A stretch of 64,000 nt of DNA, taken from the NCBI RefSeq assembly GCF_009914755.1, contig NC_060948.1, one strand, 5' to 3'. Positions 54,735 to 64,000 of the stretch are shown in pieces. Numbering within the stretch: the stretch's first letter is position 1; every line of letters begins with the position of its first letter. Source of the stretch: the human T2T-CHM13v2.0 reference genome, Homo sapiens. A program made the translations under genes and the position numbers. The notes under the pieces were generated by a model that was not told the DNA's origin, searched no databases, and was given only the letters and a program-made list of their open reading frames with translations.

Positions 54735-57700
54735 AGGCCTGGAATAAAGTGGAATGCTACGGTCTCGAATGGAATAAAAATGTATGGAATGGAATGCAAT
54801 GAAATGGAATCGAATGTCATAGAATGTAATGGAATGCAACAAAATGGAATCCAAAATCATTGACTGGAAAGGGTGGGTGTCGAAAGGAATTGACTCCAAT
54901 GGAATGGAATCGAATGGAATGGAAGTGAATAGAATCGAACTAAATCGAATGGAATGGAATTGATAGGAACGGAATGGAAAGGAATGCAATGATTTGGCAT
55001 GGAATGGAATCGAATGGCATCGAACGGAATGGAATGGAATGCAATGGAATGGAATGTATTAGAATGTAATGAACTTTAATGGAATGTACTCGAATGGATT
55101 CGACTGGAATGGAATGTTCTGGAAGTGAATGGACTCCAATGGAATGGATTCAAAAGGAATGGAATCGTACGGAATGGAATCTAATGGAATGGAATTAAAT
55201 GGAAATGAATCAAATTGAATAGCACGCAATTGAATTGAATGGAATGGAATGCAATGGAATCTAATGAAACGGCAAGGAAAGGAATGGAATGGAATGGAAT
55301 GGGCTGGAATGGAAAGGAATCGAAACGAATGGAATGGAATCGAACTGAAGAGACTGGAATGGAATGCACTGGAATGGAAGGGAGTGTAATGGAAGGTTCT
55401 CGAAAAAAATGGAATCGAATGGAATGGAATTGAATGGAACGGAATAGAGTCGAATGGAATTGAATGGAATGGAATGGACTAGAGTGAAATGGAATCGAAC
55501 CACAAGGAATGGACAGGAATAGAATGGTCTCGAATTGAATGGAATCGTATGGAATGGCATCAAACGGAATGGAATGGACAGCCACGGAATGGAATGCACT
55601 CGAATGCAATGGAGTCGACACTAATGGACTGGAATAGAATGGACTCGACTGGTACGGACTCCAATGGAATGGAATCGAATGGAAGGGAATCGAACGGAAT
55701 GGACTCGAAGGGAAAAGACTGCAATGGAAAGGTCTCGAATGGAATGGAAATTAATGGAATGGAATGGAATCGAATGAAATGGAGTCAAAAGGAATGGAAT
55801 CGAATGGCAAGAAATCGAATGTAATGGAATCGCAAGGAATTGATGTGAACGGAACGGAATGGAATGGAATCCAAAGGAATGGAATAGAATGGAATGGAAT
55901 CGAATGGAAAGGACTCGAATGGAAATCACTCGAATAGAATGCAATTTAATAAAATAGGATCAAATGTAATGGAATGGAATGGAAAGGAATCGAAACGAAA
56001 GGAATGGAGACAGATGGAATGGAATGGAACAGAGAGCAATGGTATAGAATGGAATGGAATCATCTGGAATGGAATTGAATGGAATGGAATAATATGAAAT
56101 GGAATGGAATGGAATGGAATGGAATGCCCTTGAATTAAATGGACTGGAATGGAATGGACTCGAACAGAGTGGAATGGAAAGTGTTGAGATAGAATGGAAT
56201 GGACTCCTTTGGAATGGTGTAGTATGCAATGCAATCGACTGGCAGGGAATCAAAAGGAATGTAATCGAATGGATTGGACTGGAATGCAATGGACTCGAAT
56301 AGATTGGAAACGGAATGCAAAGGAATGGAATGGAATAGTATGGAATGGAATGGAAAGGAATGGAGTGGAATAGACTAGAGTGGAATGGAATGGACTGGAA
56401 AGCAATGGACTGGAATGGAACTTTCTTGAATGGACTGGAATCAAACGGAATGGAATGCAATACAATCAAATGGCATGGAATAAAATAGAATGAAAGAGAA
56501 TCAAATGGAATTGAATCGAATGGAATCGAATGGATTGGAAAGGAATAGAATGGAATGGAATGGAATTGACTCAAATGGAATGGACTAGAATGGAATGGAT
56601 TCGAATGGAAGGCAAAGGAATGGAATCTATTGGAATGGACTGTAATGGAATGGAATGGAAGGGATTGGAATGGACTCGAATGGAATGGACTGCAATAGAA
56701 AGGATTCGAATGGAATGAAAAAGAATTGAATGGAATAGAACAGAATGGAATCAAATCGAATGAAATGGAATGGAATAGAAAGGAATGGAATGAAATGGAA
56801 TGGAAAGGATTCGAATGGAATGCAATCGAATGGAATGGAATCGAACGGAATGGAATAAAATGGAAGAAAACTGGCAAGAAATGGAATCGAAATGAATGGA
56901 GTGTTATGGAACGGACTCAAAAGGAATTGAATGTAATAGAATGGAGTGGAGTGGACTCGAATATAATGGACTGGAATGGAATGAAATCACATGGAATGGG
57001 AACGAATGGAATGGAATGGAAAGGAATGGAATCGAATGGAAAGGAATCGAATGGAAGGGAATGAAATTGAATCAACAGGAATGGAAGGGAATAGAATAGA
57101 CGGTAATGGAATGGACTCGAATAGAATGGACACGAATGCTCAAATTGAATGGACTCGAATGGAATGGAAACGAAAGGAATGTCATCGAATGGAATTGAAT
57201 CGATTGGAATGAAATCGCATAGAATGGAGTGGAATCAAATGGAATTGAATCGAAAGGAAAGGAAGCGAATGGACTGAAATGAAATGGAATGGAATTGAAT
57301 GGAAAGTAATGCAATGGAATAGAATGGAACGAAATTTCACGGAATGGAATCAAACTGAATGGAATCAAATCAATGGCATCAAATCAAATGGAATGGAAAG
57401 GAATTGAATGGAGTAGATTGGATTGGATGGGATTGGAATGAAATGTACTGGAAAGGACTCGAATTTCATGAAACGGAATGGAATGAATTGGAACGGAATG
57501 GACTCGAATGGAATGGAATGTCATGGAATGGCATCAAATGGAATGGCATCAAATGGAATGGAATCGAATGCAATGGAATGCTATGGAATGGAATGGAATG
57601 CATTGGAATGGAATGTCCTCTAATGGAATGGATTCGAGTGGAATGGAATCGAATATAATGGAGTCGAATGAAATGGAATTGAAAGGAATGGGATCGAATA

Positions 57701-58298
57701 CAATGGAATATACTGGAATGTAATGTAATGAACTCGAATGTAATTGACTGGAATGGAATGTACATGAATGGAATGTAATCGAATGGAAAGTAATCCAATG
57801 GAATAGAATCTAATGCAATAAAACCGACTCAGATAGAGTAGAATGTAATGGAATGGAGTGCAGTGCAATGGAAGGGAATGGAATTGAATGCAATGGAATG
57901 GAATGGAATGGAATGGAATGGAATGGAATGGAATGGGATGGAATGGTATGGAATGGATAGTAATGGACTGGAGTGAAATGGACTGGAAAGGAATGGACTC
58001 AAATTGAAAGGGCTCGAAAGGAATGGAGTCAAATGGAATGGTCTGGAATGGAATGAACACGAAAGTAATGCAATCCAATAGAATGGAATCGAATGGCATG
58101 GAATATAAAGAAATGGAATCGAAGAGAATGGAAACAAATGGAATGGAATTGAATGGAATGGAATTGAATGGAATGGGAACGAATGGAGTGAAATTGTATG
58201 CAGTAGAAGGGAATAGAATGTAATGTAAGCGAAAGGAAAGGAATGGATTGGAATGGAATGGAATTCATTGGAATGGAAGGGAATGTAGTGTAATGGAC
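54735..58298 (+). repeat. DYZ1 unit U16 (3564 bp)
   Basis: AGGCCT 54735 to 58299. Confidence 0.9.
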
Positions 58299-60359
58299 AG
58301 GCCTGGAATAAAGTGGAATGCTACGGTCTCGAATGGAATAAAAATGTATGGAATGGAATGCAATGAAACGGAATCGAATGTCATAAAATGTAATGGAATG
58401 CAAAAAAATGGAATCCAAAATCATTGACTGGAAAGGCTGGGTGTCGAAAGGAATTGACTCCAATGGAATGGAATCGAATGGAATGGAAGTGAATAGAATC
58501 GAACTAAATCGAATGGAATGGAATTGATAGGAACGGAATGGAAAGGAATGCAATGATTTGGCATGGAATGGAATCGAATGGCATCGAATGGAATGGAATG
58601 GAATGCAATGGAATGGAATGTATTAGAATGTAATGAACTTTAATGGAATGTACTCGAATGGATTCGACTGGAATGGAATGTTCTGGAAGTGAATGGCCTC
58701 CAATGGAATGGAATCAAAAGGAATGGAATCGTACGGAATGGAATCTAATGTAATGGAATTAAATGGAAATGAATCAAATTGAATAGCACGGAATTGAATT
58801 GAATGGAATCGAATGCAATGGAATCTAATGAAACGGAAAGGAAAGGAATGGAATGGAATGGAATGGGCTGGAATGGAAAGGAATCGAAACGAATGGAATG
58901 GAATCGAACTGAAGAGACTGGAATGGAATGCACTGGAATGGAAGGGAGTGTAATGGAAGGTTCTCGAAAGAAATGGAATCGAATGGAATGGAATTGAATG
59001 GAACGGAATAGAGTCGAATGGAATTGAATGGAATGGAATGGACTAGAGTGAAATGGAATCGAACCACAAGGAATGGACAGGAATAGAATGGTCTCGAATT
59101 GAATGGAATCGTATGGAATGGCATCAAACGGAATGGAATGGACAGCCACGGAATGGAATGCACTCGAATGCAATGGAGTCGAAACTAATGGACTGGAATA
59201 GAATGGACTCGACTGGTACGGACTCCAATGGAATGGAATCGAATGGAAGGGAATCGAACGGAATGGACTCGAAGGGAAAAGACTGCAATGGAAAGGTCTC
59301 GAATGGAATGGAAATTAATGGAATGGAATGGAATCGAATGAAATGGAGTCAAAAGGAATGGAATCGAATGGCAAGAAATCGAATGTAATGGAATCGCAAG
59401 GAATTGATGTGAACGGAACGGAATGGAATGGAATCCAAAGGAATGGAATAGAATGGAATGGAATCGAATGGAAAGGACTAGAATGGAAATCACTCGAATA
59501 GAATGCAATTTAATAAAATAGGATCAAATGTAATGGAATGGAATGGAAAGGAATCGAAACGAAAGGAATGGAGACAGATGGAATGGAATGGAACAGAGAG
59601 CAATGGTATAGAATGGAATGGAATCATCTGGAATGGAATTGAATGGAATGGAATAATATGAAATGGAATGGAATGGAATGGAATGGAATGCCCTTGAATT
59701 AAATGGACTGGAATGGAATGGACTCGAACAGAGTGGAATGGAAAGTGTTGAGATAGAATGGAATGGACTCCTTTGGAATGGTCTAGTATGCAATGCAATC
59801 GACTGGCAGGGAATCAAAAGGAATGTAATGGAATGGATTGGACTGGAATGCAATGGACAGGAATAGATTGGAAACGGAATGCAAAGGAATGGAATGGAAT
59901 AGTATGGAATGGAATGGAAAGGAATGGAGTGGAATAGACTAGAGTGGAATGCAATGGACTGGAAAGCAATGGACTGGAATGGAACTTTCTTGAATGGACT
60001 GGAATCAAACGGAATGGAATGCAATGCAATCAAATGGCATGGAATAAAATAGAATGAAAGAGAATCAAATGGAATTGAATCGAATGGAATCGAATGGATT
60101 GGAAAGGAATAGAATGGAATGGAATGGAATTCACTCAAATGGAATGGACTAGAATGGAATGGATTCGAATGGAAGGCAAAGGAATGGAATCTATTGGAAT
60201 GGACTGTAATGGAATGGAATGGAATTGAATGGAATGGGAACGAATGGAGTGAAATTGTATGCAGTAGAAGGGAATAGAATGGAATGCAAGCAAAAGGAAA
60301 GGAATGGATTGGAATGGAATGGAATTCATTGGAATGGAAGGGAATGTAGTGTAATGGAC
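58299..60359 (+). repeat. Internally deleted DYZ1 unit U17 (2061 bp)
   Basis: AGGCCT 58299 to 60360; CTATTGGAATGGACTGTAAT is joined directly to TTGAATGGAATGGGAACGAATGGAGTGAAATTGTATG, landmarks about 1.5 kb apart in every other unit. Confidence 0.93.
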
Positions 60360-63300
60360 AGGCCTGGAATAAAGTGGAATGCTACGGTCTCGAATGGAAT
60401 AAAAATGTATGGAATGGAATGCAATGAAATGGAATCGAATGTCATAGAATGTAATGGAATGCAACAAAATGGAATCCAATATCATTGACTGGAAAGGCTG
60501 GGTGTTGAAAGGAATTGACTCCAATGGAATGGAATCGAATGGAATGGAAGTGAATAGAATCGAACTAAATCGAATGGAATGGAATTGATAGGAACGGAAT
60601 GGAAAGGAATGCAATGATTTGGCATGGAATGGAATCGAATGGCATCGAATGGAATGGAATGGAATGCAATGGAATGGAATGTATTAGAATGTAATGAACT
60701 TTAATGGAATGTACTCGAATGGATTCGACTGGAATGGAATGTTCTGGAAGTGAATGGACTCCAATGGAATGGATTCAAAAGGAATGGAATCGTACGGAAT
60801 GGAATCTAATGGAATGGAATTAAATGGAAATGAATCAAATTGAATAGCACGGAATTGAATTGAATGGAATGGAATGCAATGGAATCTAATGAAACGGAAA
60901 GGAAAGGAATGGAATGGAATGGAATGGGCTGGAATGGAAAGGAATCGAAACGAATGGAATGGAATCGAACTGAAGAGACTGGAATGGAATGCACTGGAAT
61001 GGAAGGGAGTGTAATGGAAGGTTCTCGAAAAAAATGGAATGGAATGGAATGGAATTGAATGGAACGGAATAGAGTCGAATGGAATTGAATGGAATGGAAT
61101 GGACTAGAGTGAAATGGAATCGAACCACAAGGAATGGACAGGAATAGAATGGTCTCGAATTGAATGGAATCGTATGGAATGGCATCAAACGGAATGGAAT
61201 GGACAGCCACGGAATGGAGTGCACTCGAATGCAATGGAGTCGAAACTAATGGACTGGAATAGAATGGACTCGACTGGTACGGACTCCAATGGAATGGAAT
61301 CGAATGGAAGGGAATCGAACCGAATGGACTCGAAGGGAAAAGACTGCAATGGAAAGGTCTCGAATGGAATGGAAATTAATGGAATGGAATGGAATCGAAT
61401 GAAATGGAGTCAAAAGGAATGGAATCGAATGGCAAGAAATCGAATGTAATGGAATCACAAGGAATTGATGTGAACGGAACGGAATGGAATGGAATCCAAA
61501 GGAATGGAATAGAATGGAATGGAATCGAATGGAAAGGACTCGAATGGCAATCACTCGAATAGAATGCAATTTAATAAAATAGGATCAAATGTAATGGAAT
61601 GGAATGGAAAGGAATCGAAACGAAAGGAATGGAGACAGATGGAATGGAATGGAACAGAGAGCAATGGTATAGAATGGAATGGAATCATCTGGAATGGAAT
61701 TGAATGGAATGGAATAATATGAAATGGAATGGAATGGAATGGAATGGAATGCCCTTGAATTAAATGGACTGGAATGGAATGGACTCGAACAGAGTGGAAT
61801 GGAAAGTGTTGAGATAGAATGGAATGGACTCCTTTGGAATGGTCTAGTATGCAATGCAATCGACTGGCAGGGAATCAAAAGGAATGTAATCGAATGGATT
61901 GGACTGGAATGCAATGGACTCGCATAGATTGGAAACGGAATGCAAAGGAATGGAATGGAATAGTATGGAATGGAATGGAAAGGAATGGAGTGGAATAGAC
62001 TAGAGTGGAATGGAATGGACTGGAAAGCAATGGACTGGAATGGAACTTTCTTGAATGGACTGGAATCAAACGGAATGGAATGCAATGCAATCAAATGGCA
62101 TGGAATAAAATAGAATGAAAGAGAATCAAATGGAATTGAATCGAATGGAATCGAATGGATTGGAAAGGAATAGAATGGAATGGAATAGAATGGACTCAAA
62201 TGGAATGGACTAGAATGGAATGGATTCGAATGGAAGGCAAAGGAATGGAATCTATTGGAATGGACTGTAATTGAATGGAATGGAAGGGATTGGAATGGAC
62301 TCGAATAGAATGGACTGCAATAGAAAGGATTCGAATGGAATGAAAAAGAATTGAATGGAATAGAACAGAATGGAATCAAATCGAATGAAATGGAATGGAA
62401 TAGAAAGGAATGGAATGAAATGGAATGGAAAGGATTCGAATGGAATGCAATCGAATGGAATGGAATCGAACGGAATGGAATAAAATGGAAGAAAACTGGC
62501 AAGAAATGGAATCGAAATGAATGGAGTGTTATGGAACGGACTCAAAAGGAATTGAATGTAATAGAATGGAGTGGAGTGGACTCGAATATAATGGACTGGA
62601 ATGGAATGAAATCACATGGAATGGGAACGAATGGAATGGAATGGAAAGGAATGGAATCGAATGGAAAGGAATCGAATGGAAGGGAATGAAATTGAATCAA
62701 CAGGAATGGAAGGGAATAGAATAGACGGTAATGGAATGGACTCGAATAGAATGGACACGAATGCTCAAATTGAATGGACTCGAATGGAATGGAAACGAAA
62801 GGAATGTCATCGAATGGAATTGAATCGATTGGAATGAAATCGCATAGAATGGAGTGGAATCAAATGGAATTGAATCGAAAGGAAAGGAAGCGAATGGACT
62901 GAAATGAAATGGAATGGAATTGAATGGAAAGTAATGCAATGGAATAGAATGGAACGAAATTTCACGGAATGGAATCAAACTGAATGGAATCAAATCAATG
63001 GAATCAAATCAAATGGAACGGAAAGGAATTGAATGGAGTAGATTGGATTGGATGGGATTGGAATGAAATGTACTGGAAAGGACTCGAATTTCATGAAACG
63101 GAATGGAATGAATTGGAACGGAATGGACTCGAATGGAATGGAATGTCATGGAATGGCATCAAATGGAATGGCATCAAATGGAATGGAATCGAATGCAATG
63201 GAATGCTATGGAATGGAATGGAATGCATTGGAATGGAATGTCCTCTAATGGAATGGATTCGAGTGGAATGGAATCGAATATAATGGAGTCGAATGAAATG

Positions 63301-63938
63301 GAATTGAAAGGAATGGGATCGAATACAATGGAATATACTGGAATGTAATGTAATGAACTCGAATGTAATTGACTGGAATGGAATGTACATGAATGGAAGG
63401 TAATCGAATGGAAAGTAATCCAATGGAATAGAATCTAATGCAATAAAACCGACTCAGATAGAGTAGAATGTAATGGAATGGAGTGCAGTGCAATGGAATG
63501 GAATGGAATTGAATGCAATGGAATGGAATGGAATGGAATGGAATGGAATGGAATGGAATGGAATGGAATGGAATGGGATGGAATGGTATGGAATGGATAG
63601 TAATGGACTGGAGTGAAATGGACTGGAAAGGAATGGACTCAAATTGAAAGGGCTCGAAAGGAATGGAGTCAAATGGAATGGTCTGGAATGGAATGAACAC
63701 GAATGTAATGCAATCCAATAGAATGGAATCGAATGGCATGGAATATAAAGAAATGGATTCGAAGAGAATGGAAACAAATGGAATGGAATTGAATGGAATG
63801 GAATTGAATGGAATGGGAACGAATGGAGTGAAATTGTATGCAGTAGAAGGGAATAGAAAGGAATGCAAGCGAAAGGAAAGGAATGGATTGGAATGGAATG
63901 GAATTCATTGGAATGGAAGGGAATGTAGTGTAATGGAC
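60360..63938 (+). repeat. DYZ1 unit U18 (3579 bp)
   Basis: AGGCCT 60360 to 63939; +15 tract. Confidence 0.9.
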
Positions 63939-64000
63939 AGGCCTGGAATAAAGTGGAATGCTACGGTCTCGAATGGAATAAAAATGTATGGAATGGAATG
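63939..64000 (+). repeat. Start of next DYZ1 unit (partial)
   Basis: AGGCCTGGAATAAAGTGGAATGCTACGGTCTCG at the window end. Confidence 0.9.

Larger units (their letters stand above)
1..64000 (+). repeat. DYZ1: Human satellite 3 (GGAAT)n array, DYZ1-type (Yq12 heterochromatin), ~3.56 kb higher-order repeat
   Basis: Continuous degenerate GGAAT pentamers on the + strand. Non-pentamer landmarks (GACAGGCCTGG, GGCTGGGTGTCG, GACAGCCACGG, GCCCTTG, GAAGAAAACTGGC) recur every ~3.56 kb. The modal AGGCCT-to-AGGCCT spacing includes 3564 bp (three units), the known DYZ1 HaeIII/EcoRI unit length. Confidence 0.95.

Noticed and set aside
1-64000. Hundreds of ORFs (MEWNG-rich on +, FHSIP-rich on -)
   Set aside because: They are direct translations of (GGAAT)n/(ATTCC)n, which contain no stop codon in any frame. 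They overlap in all frames, recur with the unit and show no domain-like sequence.
1-64000. CRISPR-like or prokaryotic repeat system
   Set aside because: No repeat-spacer architecture with unique spacers and no cas or other genes; it is a mammalian satellite
1-64000. Inversion, Alu/L1 insertion or DYZ2 (HSat1B) boundary
   Set aside because: GGAAT polarity stays on the + strand throughout, and I saw no non-satellite insert or AT-rich DYZ2 block
1-64000. HSat2 or autosomal HSat3 assignment
   Set aside because: It lacks the dense CATTCGATTC-type HSat2 pattern. The 3564 bp period with single HaeIII/EcoRI sites fits DYZ1 better, though this was not confirmed by alignment.

Overview
The whole 64 kb window is one uninterrupted, single-orientation array of degenerate (GGAAT)n pentamers (human satellite 3, HSat3) organised as a ~3.56 kb higher-order unit. 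Each unit carries one conserved AGGCCT (StuI/HaeIII) site and one conserved GAATTC (EcoRI) site. This matches DYZ1 of human Yq12 heterochromatin (canonical unit 3564 bp); the identification rests on recalled family properties, not a database search. I counted 19 AGGCCT landmarks, giving 18 units: 17 of 3539-3583 bp and one of 2061 bp carrying a 1503 bp microhomology-flanked deletion. There are no credible genes; all ORFs are translations of the pentamer. The most interesting signals are: (i) three perfect nGAAnnTTCnnGAAn heat-shock elements at fixed positions in each unit (50 of 54 intact by manual count); (ii) the truncated unit, which keeps all three; (iii) a ~7.1 kb two-unit duplication with a partial third copy; (iv) mosaic units and localised diverged patches; (v) four fixed phase slips confined to ~1.1 kb of each unit. 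Coordinates were counted by eye and may be off by a few bases.
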